Assembly (NCBI GenBank): GCA_051362555.1
Contig: CM120643.1
Coordinates: forward strand, 5,394,001-5,458,000
Source of the DNA: Lingula anatina
Taxonomy: Eukaryota; Animalia; Brachiopoda
Direction: 5' to 3'
Length of the DNA stretch: 64,000 bases
Position numbers and translations under genes: made by a program. Below, one piece after another: positions 1 to 13,700 of this stretch. The notes under the pieces are model-generated. The model was not told the origin of the DNA. It ran no database searches and worked only from the letters and a program-made list of their open reading frames with translations. Position 1 is the first letter of the stretch. Every line of letters starts with the position of its first letter.

Positions 1-2600
1 TTGTAAAAACAAAATCAACACCAATTTTTAATTATGCACAACAGGTAACAAAGAAATTAAGAATATGTAACTAAGGTTTAAGTCCTATGAGAGTTCAAGT
101 TCATACTTTGAAAATGCCAGAATGATAAAAATTACAATTTTACAAAAAACATTGCATAACAAAAATAATTAATCCAATCAACCTGGTTTTCCAATTATAA
201 CTGAATGTCAATCTTAAGAATCATTCTTGAAAGTTACAAAATAATAAGTAACAAAAAAACAGTTTTATCCTAGAATAAGTTGCCATAGCATCAATAATTA
301 CTTGGGTTTCCATCACTTTTTGAGTGATAACTTCAAAAATGTAAAAACAAAATTAAAAAAATCAGTTTCATGCTAAAACTAATCACCATAGCAACAAACT
401 ATGCATGAGTACCTTACACTTTGAAAGCACTCCATCTGTGAAGAAAATTCAAAACAATATAAAAAGATATTTGAATTTCCCCTTGGGTTCTATAGTAATT
501 GAATCCAAAATTCAAAACCACTATACATCAAAACTAACATGGGTGCTTTTCATTTTTTCAATCTTAATATGGATGCAATAGTGTCAACTATGCATGTAAA
601 GATTTAAGAAAAACCTGTCAGAAAGAAATATCGTAAGGACATTACCTAAATCAATATCACAAAAAGAATCTACTAATTAAATGCAGAGATATAAACTGTC
701 AGCAAAAAGAGTGCCTCTGGATGCAATACCATATCAGTTATCATTTCTACCCTAGTTGACTTATGATATTTTACCTTTCCCAACAAAATTCATTGTTATT
801 GACTGCTGGTCAAGGTATCATACCTCCTATTGCCATTAATTAACCAGATCCATTTAGAACACATTTCCTATAGGTTCATGGCAAAAAAGGACATGAAAAA
901 AATGAATGTAAAGAAATCCATTAGTGGCTTTCAGATTTCCACAATCTACTCAATAGCAACATTCTATAGGAAAAGATAGCGAGTGACTGAAAAAGTTCAT
1001 CACAGTCTTTGTGATGGCATGATAGCTCACAAAATATAATAAAGCCATTTGTTTGTCAGACAGAATAGTTTATCAGAACCTCCACAGAATGTTGTCTAAG
1101 TTAAAAAGGTTGAAATGCCCATCTATCTGTCAGTATCTGGCACAGCCACTGGGTCTTCCAGTTGATGTTGAAGTATTGATCTTATAGAAGTTGTGATCAA
1201 AAAGCCTTATCTCCTTTACTCCAGCTTGCAGTTCAGCCTGGTATAATTACTCTTGGCAGCAACTGTTGATAAGGAGTAGGCCTTATCTCCAACTAGCATC
1301 AGTTATATCATAGGCACCCATCTCCCTTCTAATGGATTAATACAACCATAATCTATCATTTCAGAGAGGTATTAATCTTCCCATCGGTAAATGTATAAAG
1401 AAGGCAGTGTATGACTGATTTTATCACACATTAGGCTTTGGACGTGGCCCTTCTGGTGCTGAGAGATAAGACTTGTATACCCACACGCCCAAAAAAGCAA
1501 TTACAGATCACATAGCTCTGTCAAATGCCAAAGCCTTTTTGCTGATACAGCTTGTGAAATGATCCAGAATAATAAAGTTTCAGCTTGTAGATTCATTTGG
1601 ACCATGCTGCTATTCTTTACCATATGTGCTGATGGGGAAAGGTGATAAGAAGTACATATGATACTTTAGATTTTATCTTTTCGTTTCTGTCAGCCTTTCA
1701 TTAGAACTTGCAATGCAGCCAAGTCTCTGATCTTTATCTCAGAGCTGGCCCACACAATAGATTAGAGTTACGACGCTTCTTAACAGGAAGAATCCAAAAG
1801 AAGATTGTTGGACCGCATACAATCCCTTCTTTATAAATCTAAGCAGAAGAATGTAACCTGATGATGAAGACTGGAGATCATTTATCAGTCAATGGAATTT
1901 CAGCTGAGATGCCCTCATTGAAAATTCTTTATAATAATGTTTTTATTTTTAAAAAGGGGAGAGAAAAACCAATGTTGAAAATACTTTCCTCATACTTGTC
2001 TTCACTGATTTTTATCCTTAATCTAAAATTTATGTTGTCTATGAGAATATGAACTTTAATTGATACACAGTTCTGGCATGCGAGTGCTTAAAACTTTGCC
2101 AGTTTGGTAAAATATTGCCATTGGTTCAAAACTACATGGAACAAGGACCTTGTTTTAAATAGAAATCACAATATGATAAAAAAAATCAATCATTATATGA
2201 GTGAGATCAAATGAAATCAAATGCCAATCTGCAATTTCATCTCTGAATATCTAATCGATTTAATTTAAAATTAATTCCGCATACAGTGACAGTAACAACT
2301 TAACACGAGCGTGATTTAATATTTCAAAAGGGATGGGGGGGGTATAATGTGGCGGTTGACAATGTGCAACGAGCACTGACTGCCTTGGCACAAGCACAGT
2401 GAGCAGGAAAGGGTGCCCAACAAAGATCTTTCCCGTGGTATCTTCCCTGACAGGGGAGATAACAAGACGACGGTATCAGTTGGACTGATAATTGAATGTC
2501 AGCAGCATAAAGGCATTCATTGATCTTTAAAGACAATTTTTTAATTTTTTCTTTTCTTCATGTAATTCAAATAGCACTAATGAGTACTGCACATACTCAC

Positions 2601-2640
2601 GTTTGAAAGGCTTTGGATTTGACTGTTTCCGCCTGGACAT
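2601..2640 (-). CDS. First coding exon of a probable zinc-finger co-repressor with N-terminal NuRD-interaction motif (FOG/ZFPM-, ZNF423/521-, SALL- or BCL11-like); remainder lies left of the window
   Basis: Minus strand reads ATG TCC AGG CGG AAA CAG TCA AAT CCA AAG CCT TTC AAA C | gtgagt = MSRRKQSNPKPFK, followed by a consensus phase-1 donor at 2600. MSRRKQxxP is the known RBBP4/NuRD-binding N-terminus (FOG-1 begins MSRRKQSNPRQI). Confidence 0.85.
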
Positions 2641-2784
2641 TCTGTGCGTGTGCCCTCATGTGTTGAACTGTGCGGTTCTTGTCGATCACCTACACAAACT
2701 GCGCAGTGACCTCGCATATGCCTGCGCCATGACCCTGGCCTCGTTTTAAATAGCTGTACACAATATGGTGGCCGCCCTGGTGAG
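2641..2784. promoter_or_regulatory. Compact bidirectional promoter / first-exon region shared by two zinc-finger genes
   Basis: Locally GC/CpG-richer island. Minus-strand ATG at 2640 and plus-strand donor GAG|gtaagg at 2784/2785 point away from each other. YY1-like AATATGGtGGC at 2762 and NRF1-like GCCTGCGC near 2720. Confidence 0.6.
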
Positions 2785-4574
2785 GTAAGGGAATATAAAA
2801 GTCAAGGATAATTAAACAAAAGTTTAGAACTCCCATAGCCCTTCCAATGAAGTATTTACGATATTTACGACGACTACATGTTGTAGCTAAAAATCAGTTA
2901 TTGGTTGCAGTCCTTATGCATCCACTTGATAGCATTAGCACGCGATCGCGTATCCCCTCAGCCGCTCCCATAACTCAGTGGACCAAACGAAAAACTGATG
3001 CCCTGGCCACAGCTTAGGGGTGACCATATGAACCACAATAGACCCATCATACCACGTCCAGTGGTGTGTTTAGCGTGTTCTTCATGGACATCATTGTCTT
3101 AAGTGTGTTATTTTTGCTGTTACCTTCAGTAATTGTATATTTACCGGCTATATCTGACGTTAGGCCCCTCCATCAAATTCCCATGGCCGCCCCCTGCACG
3201 TTCGGAACAAATGCACGCTTTCTTGGGGGGCTTTAGGAAGGAAAATAATGACAATTGTCGTGTCGAAGCCGTAGTTAATGTGTCACATATCTGACATAAG
3301 CCAAGCAGAAGCTTCAAATCATGGGAATACCGCCTGTGCATGATTTAAAATTGGTTATTTTCCTAGTTGATGTAAAATCAAAGAGATTAATGGAGTTTAG
3401 TATAACGAGATCATGCATGTATCCAAACATTATTTTGCAGGTATGGGGAGCATTTTTCATCAAAAAGGTTAAAGTTATTACTATATAATTATTGGAAGGA
3501 ATATTAAGGTTTGAAAATAAATACGTAACCTGTAATTGAAGTGTGCACGATGCTTCCTTATGTAGATTTTTAATGCAATTAAACAGTTACAAATTTGGCA
3601 ATGCCAGAAAATAAGTCCTGCATTAAAATTTTTAATCCAAGTGCCAAATATTTTCCAAAGAAGTCAGCTTTTCAAGAAATGCAATAATTAACATGTGGCA
3701 ATGTCATACACACCCAAGCCCTGCACTTTATTATAAAGTGTTCCAGTTTTGTCCTGCATTTCATTTGCCAAATGCTGGCAACATTATGTATGTGTAATAA
3801 GTATAGTGGGTGAGAGTTTTTACCTGTCAACAATAAGTAGTGAATTCTTATTACCATTAAAAGCAAGTCTCACAGTAAGTAATACTAAATACTTATATGT
3901 ATGTGAGTCTCGTCTATATTTGTCAGTGATGGTTTCAAAACATTTCAATACAATATACTGCACTTACTTGTGATTTAAACTAGGTGTTTATATCACTTAA
4001 ATTGCCTAGCTCTGTCATCAACACTAGCATCATCATGCTCTAACCAGGAACTTTTACTTGTAAATACACTACAAAGTTATTTATGAATAAATGTTTATAA
4101 ATAGCAATGTCTTATTATTTTCAAACTTGCAGGACAGCTTAACTAGATTTTTTCTTTGAAGGTATAATATCAGCATTTTGAAATGACCCAATGTCATAAT
4201 TTTATGTCTAAGTATCTTGCAAAACGACTACTCTTTCCGAATTCAGACCTTAAAGATGATAAAACCCCTCTTATAAAAGACCCTGAACTCCATATTTCCC
4301 TCTATAATGTACAGGAAGACAGGGTGGTCTGGATGACGGGTCAGTCATTTATAACTTAATGGTTTAAATGGACAAACTGTAAGGTATTCTTGAACATTTT
4401 TAAGGACAAGTGATACTTTTTTATCATTTTAACAGATAATGTGATGGATTTATGTTGCCAAATTTTGATCTTATTTATCACCTGACAAACATTGCAGGTA
4501 CAACACAGAAGTCAGTGCTCGAACTGATTGCAGAGTTTGAAAATTCAACACTTTAGTGTGGATTAAGGACTTAT

Positions 4575-4611
<37 letters not shown>

Positions 4612-5280
4612 GAAGGGAATCTTACCCTGGAAACCTTCAATAATAAATAATTTATCCATAAACTATTGAATCCATAGACTATGCAGTTATGGTTTGACCA
4701 GTGATTCTTAAAAAGTACTTTTTCACAGAAAAGTATATTAAGTGTGAAAAATCCTGGTTAGGAGTATTTTTGTTTTTAAGTTTTCTGTTGCCATAGATGT
4801 CACTGTCCGATGCATTTGTTGTTCACACTATAACTGATAAACCATATTTTTTGTTTTCCCCTGTACATTTATAAGGCTTGGTCTTGGTGATGCTCGGCCT
4901 GTTAATGCCAAAGCATTTTTTTGTGCACATACATGTCATAGTTGCTGAGTAGCTTTGGTTTTTAAAATGGCAGGTTCTGTTTTAAAGTCAGTGTGATTTA
5001 ATAATCATAATATTTATAAAAAAGTATGCTACATTTTGTGATGTTTGCAATTGTGCAGTTTCATTTTCAATATTGGGCAATACAGAGAATTGGTCGGGTT
5101 GGGAAGCCAGACAGATTGGATTCTTTTTCTTGAAGTGGTACATTGTGTGTGTGTGTGAAGTTTTAGTATTTTACATATTGGCATTTTCAGTGTATGACTT
5201 TGAACTCTGATGTTTGTTACAGAGACTGCCGTCAATACAGCCACCTGTAGCTGAGAGCTGGCTGACACTCAAAAGGCATC

Positions 5281-8200
5281 ATGTCTTCTTCAGGTAAACG
5301 GTGGAAATGTTAGATTGTCACTGAAGTATGATTAGATAGTGTTAAGTTATTACTATAACTTTCATTTCAAAATTGTTGGACTCACTGTGGATAATTTCCT
5401 CTTTTTATATTGTAAAAGGATATAACTTAATGTTTGAACATTTTCATATATAGTGATTATGTCTGAATCTATTACAGTTTTGATATATAAGAATCTTTTA
5501 CTTTTTTTTCAGTATAGACTAATTACTTCATTTGGTACTTAATCCTGTCTCTATTTATCATTGTATTTCTAGAAGAAGATGACATCCATCAATGTGGGCG
5601 ATGCAGGAAGTTATTCATGAAATTGGAAGATTACTTACAACATAAAAAATCAAAGGTTTGATATAATTTTTGCCAATTCTACAGCAGAATGCCATATCGA
5701 AGGTTATTCTATGTTTTTAACCATCTGGAATTATCAAAAGTAATTTCAATTGATAATAGAATATGGTTGCAGTTATCAAATGAATTATTTAAAACATGAA
5801 TATAAACTTGTACACATATTATCGCTTAAAAGTTTATACAAGACGATAAGACACTGTTGCACTTAGAATTTTATTTTTGATATAGCAGTATTGAAGTGGA
5901 AATCATCAGAGATAGTCCAGTCTCACCAACTAGTATATAATCAGTATTGACAGACTGCATGCGCAGCAATTAATAAATGCTGATAAAATTTTTCCACAAA
6001 TATTTTTCTTGTTGCTTTCCCAAAGTTCTGTTGAATTACAGCCTGTTGCACAACAGGATAAATACACCATGCTTTGCACGTCTCTTTTGTCTTGGTTTCT
6101 AAGACAACATTTCCCATGCATGGAATTTCACCCTTATTTCTGAAAAATTAACCCCCCTTTTGCGGATTTTCACACCATTTTAAGTCTTGTATGACATCAC
6201 ACAATGCCAACAACTATTTCTGATGGTTTCCATTGATAAGCTATTGCCTGCAAATCATTGGATCAAAATTTATATTTACAATTAACATGTTACTGCATGT
6301 AATTGAATATAAATTGCCAATGACAGTTCAGGGCTGTGTTACACCAGTAGATTAGGTATTGTCATTAAAAGGTACTTGCAGGAGTCAATATAAAAACATT
6401 AAACATAAAACACTGGTTTTGCATTCTATTTCCTTTCTCTCAAGGCTATAGCAATCCTAGTATTAAGTCATTGGGATTCTTAGGCCAAAATTTTAACACT
6501 AATTAAGGTCTTACCATAGATAGCTTTGGCACTACAAATGACCTCACATAAGAATGAAAAATCAGAAATTGGGCATATGTGTCAATAATTTGTTAGCTTG
6601 CATTTTAATTATTTTATTATCATTTTATGATTAATCCATTTTCAGATATGCAAGAAATTATCATCCACCAGTCAACCCTTGTTAACAGAACAAAAAGATT
6701 CAGATTGTCAAAATGCAGTAGACAAGAGAGATGAGCTCCCAGAAGAATCTAACCACAAAGAGGTAGCAACTGCTGTGAAGTCACAAGGAAGAAAAACTAG
6801 GCAAAACAAAGCACCAGAGTCACCCAAAGATGAAGAAAATAATGTTGTGTTAGGGAGACGAGGCCGGAAGAGAAAAGTCAAGTACACAGACTTAAGTGAA
6901 GATGGTGACCTTGAGCCTCCTCCCAAATCACCAAAGGCTCAGAAGCGCAAAAGAGGACGCCCCAGGAAAACCCACAGCAAAAATAATGACAATAGAGTCA
7001 AACAGCCTCAACATATAAAGAACGTCTGTGAAACCTGTGGTTACAAAGCAATGTACCAGTGGGAGTATGATCATCATATGGCGAGGGCCCATGGAGTAGG
7101 AACAGCCAACTGTGCACAGTGCCAGGCAGTATTCCCCAATGTAGCTGACCTCACAGAGCACCTCCACTCCTGTCCAGGCAGTAAGGATGCTAACAACCAA
7201 ACTGACAGGGACAGCCCAAGTGGTGCTGGTACCACTGTCACTGCAGAGAAAACTACTGGTCTCCAAGATACTCCGGCTGGGACTGTGCCAGAATTCCAGT
7301 GTACTGTGTGTTCGTCATCATACAACGAATACCGTTTATTGCGTGATCACCTGAAGGAGAAGCACCCAGAGGTCAACCCCTGTCTGTGTATGTTCTGTGG
7401 TAAGTGGTATCGCCTCAAGTCACACCTATGGCGGCATATCACAGTTGAAGCCCACAGCAACCTAAGTTCAAAGGAAATTGAAATTGCAAGAATAGAATTT
7501 GAAAAATGCACTAGAGTGAGAGGACCTAACAAGAAAAACCTTAGAAAACAGAATGAGCAGTCAGCAACAATACAACGACGATCTAGCTATGTGTGCAGCT
7601 TTTGCAATGAATCATTCCCAAGAAAAGTACTTCTGATTCGCCACTCAAAGTTGGAACACACTGAGAAGCCAGCTCTTCTAGGCTTTTCACATACCTGCAC
7701 TTGGTGTGGACACAACTTCTGGAAAAGATCAATACTATTAGACCACTGCATTAAGGTTCATAAAATTGATATAGAAGCTGACTTAACTGATATTTGCCCT
7801 GTGTGTAATAAGGGTCTCAAGTCAAAGTATCATGTGATACGACACCGTGACAATCTGCATACGCCAATAGGAGCAACAGAAATCAGAGAGAGAAATATGT
7901 TTGAAGTCAAGAATGCTGACAGTGAGACCAGTAAGGATGAAACAGTTGAGAATAAGCAGGTTGAAGAAAAAAAGGAAATGAAGAAAACTGATGAAAAAGA
8001 TAAGACAATGCCAACAGTGGAAACTGTTGACACAGAAGACATGGCCAATAGTGATATTTCAAAAAAAGATGAAGACTTGGAAGGAAAATGTAAATCAGTT
8101 GAAGAATCCAACAGAGATTTTCCAAATTTTAGATGTTTTGTATGTCATGAGTTATTTACCACTAATAATTCATACCGTCATCATCTAGAGTGCCATAGAA

Positions 8201-10713
8201 TCTGGATTCCAAGGGATGAGCTTAATGAACTGCTTGCTAAGCAAGGTCTCATGGTGTTAGCAGAGGGGGAATCTGCCATGCACATAGCTACACCAGTGGG
8301 CAATGAGGATCAACCAGAAGAACCTGTTTCTGAAGCTGCCAGTCTACACACTAGACACCACCAGGATTTTGGTCCTTCAGCTCCAGTGGCTCTTCAGATT
8401 CTTACCCCCTCTGGAGAAGATACAGCAGGCCAGGTCTACTATACTACCAACACAACTTTAGCTCCAGCATTCACCACAGCTTTGGCTTCAGCACAGGGAT
8501 ATGTGGCTGCACCTGACTATACACCAGTGGTCAGTTCTGCACAACAGGTGTCTGTCCAGCAGGTTGATAGCCATGGTAACTATTCTACCATAGATTCCTC
8601 GGCTATACACCAGTGGGCACAAGAGCAAGCTGTCCTGACCATCTTGCAGGAAATGGGTCAAAACTCAAACTCTAAAGGACAACAGAGAGATCAGGTGCAG
8701 ACACTGCAAGCAGTGCAGGGCAACCCTGCTGTCTCACTACATATTAACTCCGCCTCCCAAGCTGTACAAGTAACAGTACAACCAGTGGCTATTGTCAATG
8801 CAGCTAATGATTTTAAGAGCACTGTCCTCTCAGAGAGTCCATCCAAAAGTAATGATGAAATGAACCACGGAACATGCAACCCAGGTCAGGCTCTGCAGCC
8901 AGTTCCAGCTAGCCCTTCCTCAGACACAGGAATCAAATGTGAAAGAACTTTATCTGAAATTGGATTAGAGAAAACATCAGATCAATTTGTAAAGCAAAGT
9001 GGTGATGAAGAAGAAGATGAAGAACAAGAAGAAGAAGGAAAAGAAGATATTATTGAAGACACCAGGTATGACTATATGTGCCCAGCATGTCTCAAGGTAT
9101 TTCACAAGTTGGAAACCATCAATGCACACAAGAAGAATGTACATAGCCTTGTTGCAGTATTCCGCTGTGCTAAAGAAAACTGTCGTCAGATTTTTTTGGA
9201 AACTGATGACTTTATTGATCACCATAAGGTTCATCCACAGCAAGCTTTCATATGTCGTATCTGTAATGAACATGTGGAGAGCTTAAATAACCTTATAGGG
9301 CACAAGGTGGTGGCTCACAAAGATATTTACCCTTCATACGGTTTCCGTTGCAAGCTGTGTCATAAGGCCTTCAAATCACAAGATCAGCTGGATGTCCACA
9401 TGGCAACAGCATCACATGAGCATCAATGCCCTCAGTGTGGGAAAGTGTTTAAGGCACAGTCAGAGCTAAAGGACCATGAACTAAAGCATGCTGGGATACG
9501 TAGCTTCCTGTGTGACATATGTGGAGTGTCCTTTGTCAACCATGCTGCTCTGAGGAAACATAAGAGCAACCACAATCCGTCTCGTACATTTGTGTGCAGT
9601 GAATGTGGGAACAAGTTTCATAAAAGAGAACACTTGAACAGACACTACAGGACCAAGCACAGTGATGAGAGGCCATTCAAATGTCCTGAACCAGGCTGCC
9701 CAAAGGCTTTCAAAAGGGGAGATAAATTGCGAGAGCATTTAAGAAACCACTCCAATGAGACCCCATATGTGTGTCAGCATTGTGCCAAAGCATACAAACA
9801 TAAGGAGGCTCTCAAGTACCACGAAAAGACACACATGACGGTGCCCGTTTTAAAACATCACTGTGAGGTGTGTAATGCTAGCTTCATTCGCGCAGCCCAT
9901 TTGGCCAATCACATGCAACAGGATCATAAAATGGCTAAGAAGCGGATTGCGTCACATGAGTGCCCAACATGCAAGATCAAGTTTCACCGCCAGGAGAGAT
10001 TGAACAGACATATGGAAAGGGAGCATCGCTCAGATGTTATGTGGAAGGTTACATGCCGTTTATGTGGAAAGGGATTTGCAGGTGATAAGAGCCTTCAGAC
10101 CCATATTGAGAAGCGACATTCAGCCGGAGTGCTCACTAAGACAAGAAGGAAGAAAAATCAACTTCCTGAGGACCAGCAACAAATTCAATCACAACAGCAG
10201 GAGCAGCAGCCGTCCCTCCAGATCACAGCCTCTGTTCTCCCCACCCCCATGGTCCACCCTGCCCCTAGATATGACCATACCCAGATCCCAGTAGAGGCTC
10301 ACCTGCTCACAGCTATGCAGTATATGAATAGGGTGGAACCTCAGGCCCCTCCCACCTCTCAGACTCATATGCATTTACATATACCTCAGCAGTCAGTCAT
10401 GTCCCCACACCCGCAACAGCTACAACAACCACCACCACAACAACATATACACCATGACAGGGTCATGTCACCCCATGAAAGGGTCATGACACCCCAGGAG
10501 AGAGTTTTGACCCCTCACGAACCACACACAGGTGTGGCCACCCAGATGTTGATGGCACACCACAGGGGGACCCCCCATTCACAGCCTCAGGACCAACCCA
10601 CAGAGGCCCCCCAGGAGGTGACCCATGTCATGAACCCACACCCACCTCCCCCACCCCCTCCTGGGTACATGTACTACCCCATGCAGGGGTTTGTGCCACA
10701 CACATACAATTGA
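5281..10713 (+). CDS. AT-hook and multi-C2H2 zinc-finger protein, ~1387 aa, 3 coding exons (5281-5293, 5573-5655, 6646-10713)
   Basis: The 1344-aa ORF has ~20 C2H2-type fingers and AT-hook KRKRGRPRK. Its TTG start is internal: acceptor ttcag|6646 and two upstream GT-AG exons join in frame to give MSSSEEDDIHQCGRCRKLFMKLEDYLQHKKSKIC. Probable non-coding exon ends at 2784; the ATG exon starts at 5223. Confidence 0.93.
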
Positions 10714-13700
10714 TGTAGGTGGGAACAGAATCATGAGGTGACAGGGAAATACAAATGAATTGTTGTAGGGAGACCTGCAAATATTCTCACCTGGTTTGGA
10801 AACAGTGCTGTGCAAGCCCTGTGCACCATTGATCTCCACCCTCTTTTATTTATTTAGTAAGTTAGTATTTACAGAAGGGTCAAAATTAACATTATATGAA
10901 CTGAAAATGCATACCACATTTTGTGTGTAGGAACTGATTAACTGTAGCTTCTGAGCCACTGTTGTTTGTTTATTTATGTATATTGAGAAGGAAGGAGAGA
11001 ATGTACATCAAAAAACTGCTGTCATAGCTACTATATGGACATCCACTGACATCATGCCTATCAACTCCTCATGCATGTGATTGCAACTATGACGACTTTT
11101 CCAAAGCATCTTTTTTTTTAACTTCGTGATACTGACTTAACAGCACAAATATTTTGCAAGAAACAACAGATAACTCAATTGGCAACAGTTTGGGAATTTA
11201 TGGGCAACCATTTTTGGTTCATTCATTGATTTTACATAGTTATGTTTGGGGTATGAATTAAGCAAAGTGTTACCTGCCTACTAGCACTATACGTTTATAA
11301 ACTGATTTAGGTTCTCATCTACTCAGTCCTGGTGCAGCCACTGGTCTGTAGATTTTGAAGGTTTTGCTTGTTGGCTTGCTAATTTTTATATTTTCGCAAA
11401 TTTGCTTGTGTCATTTTTTTATGTACAGACACAGATTTGGATGTACATATAGCTGTCACCTGTGTTTGCCATCGCTGTCGCCGTGCACTTTCTTATTCTC
11501 TCGTGCTGATAAATATTCATAAAATACAGGTCAAGTTCAGAAATTGGCTTGATAAGACCATTTTCTTAAAGCTATGCTGTATTCTTTTTTTCTTTTCTTG
11601 ACTTTTTCAGTATGTTACTTTTCACTCCCATCCACCTTGAGCCCTGTACCAGAAGCATTTTCAGTATTTCCAAACAATAGTACAAACACAAACAATAGTT
11701 ATGGTGTTTATGCTGATATTATTTTGTGCACTGTCATCATTATTCACATATTGGGATTTTCAGCGTTGACTGTGCTGTTAAGCTTTATTCATTATTCAGA
11801 ATTGACAAAATGACATATTTTGCACATCTTTGTTTTATTTTTTGTAAAATCAACTTTGTGTCAGGTTATATATATATTGCTGCTGGTCAGTCTTAATTGT
11901 CCCTTGTGGATAATTACTAGCTGTTATAAAATCACTTCGCTCATTTGCTAACAAGTAGTCATGAAATTTTATAACACGTCCAAAAAAAATACTTAGCCAT
12001 AGCGCTTAATTTTATACAGACTTTCTCAGAAATCCTTAATTGTAGCATTGCATAACAAAAGCAAAATAAAAAAAGCAGTCTTACTTATTATTCTCAAAAT
12101 TGCAAACGTGCTTCCCAGAACTTAAAGCTTCTACTTAGAAAAATAGCCTGATTGGATTATTATCATTATTTTGAAGTTATCAATTTTTTTTTACTTTTTT
12201 GCCTCGTAGGTCTGACTTTCAGGATCGTATAACTTATTGCATGTATGACTTCATGGATTTAAAGCCCTATGCTAGGTACTTACTCTGGATGTGCTTTTTA
12301 ACTTAGGTAAAATGTGGTGGTGATAATGCTGTTAAATGTTATATAATATTGTTTTTAAATTGACAAAGTAACATTTTTGCACACCATTTTTCCTGCTTTA
12401 TACCTGTACATGTGCGGTCTTGTTTACAAATGGTAGTGCCAGGATTGCATGCTCTGAAATATTATCTCAAGGCTATTTATATGAACATTAGGTTTACTTG
12501 TTATGTCAGTATTTTCCCCAAAATAAGGAAAAAAGAAAACGGCATTATAGGACATATCATGCTGAACTTATCATGTTCACTAACAGGTATATTATAAGTT
12601 GTTTACACACGTTTATATGAGTAGACATTTATTCTATTATTTCTAAACATTTTACTGAGATGCTTGAAATAGGAATTAGTAAAAATATGTTTTAGAACAA
12701 TCTTAGAGAGAGCCTCTGCTCTCTGCTGTATGGCTGTAGAAACATGCATCTGACTCACAGACTGGTGTTTAAAAGAGGTTCCATTTCCCAAGGCTCACTT
12801 ACTACTTGTTACAGCAAAGGGCTTGACCAGGTCACATCGTTAAGACTTGCATTAGCTTGCTTAATCTTTAAGCCAAAGTTTAGTACAATGTTGGTCTAAG
12901 TACAGCTTTAAATACACTAGAGTCAATCATTACACATAAAAACCTCACTGTTCAGATGAGCATTGTGCTGCCAAGAAGTGATAAGTCATGTGAGCTATCT
13001 ATTGAATCTCCTCCTTAGAAATCTACAGGGCATAACCTTTGCAGGACTTTTGTATGAAAATATTGAGAAATCTTCTATGTTGTGTGATAACTGTTGCCAC
13101 TGTTGTGGTCAGTTTTCGTGCTGTTCCCCAAGTTTAAATTCAAGCAATGTCTCAAACCATGTAAGAATACATTGTGGTCAGAGGGAGATGGGTGAAGTAA
13201 AGAAGTTAACATGCACTCAGACATTCTGAGAGCCTGTATGGGGAACACGTGGCATTCTGATATTTTACTAGCATTTGGCTCTAACTTTTGTGGGCAAGAT
13301 GTGTCCAGAATTTGTACTCAGTAAGATACTTATTAACAGCAGAATTTAAATTCAGAATGAATTAGATGGTTTTATAAGAATAAACATACATAAAAATTAC
13401 CTGTTTGAGAAGGGTCACTTTTACAGTATACAGTATATAACTGTAAAGAGACATTTTGCACTATGTAAAGAAAGGAGGAGTTCATGCATTGGGGAACTAT
13501 GACAGTAGGTAGTATATGTGACTGAGCAGGAGTGAATCTAGAGTAACTCCGTCTGGATTAGTTATTCAGTATGAATGTGTAAATGGCTTATATATAATTA
13601 TGTATGGAGATTCTTTTGCATGTGACCATGGAAGTATAACTTGAGTTATACCCCATGATGTGACCAAGGTTAATATGTGCGAGCCTCGATCATTTGTACA

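Noticed and set aside
6679-6681. TTG start of the 1344-aa ORF
   Set aside because: It lies inside an exon with an acceptor at 6645/6646; the better-supported start is ATG 5281 via two upstream exons.
6708-10839. Antisense and alternative-frame ORFs over the zinc-finger exon
   Set aside because: Shadows of the real CDS with no independent motifs.
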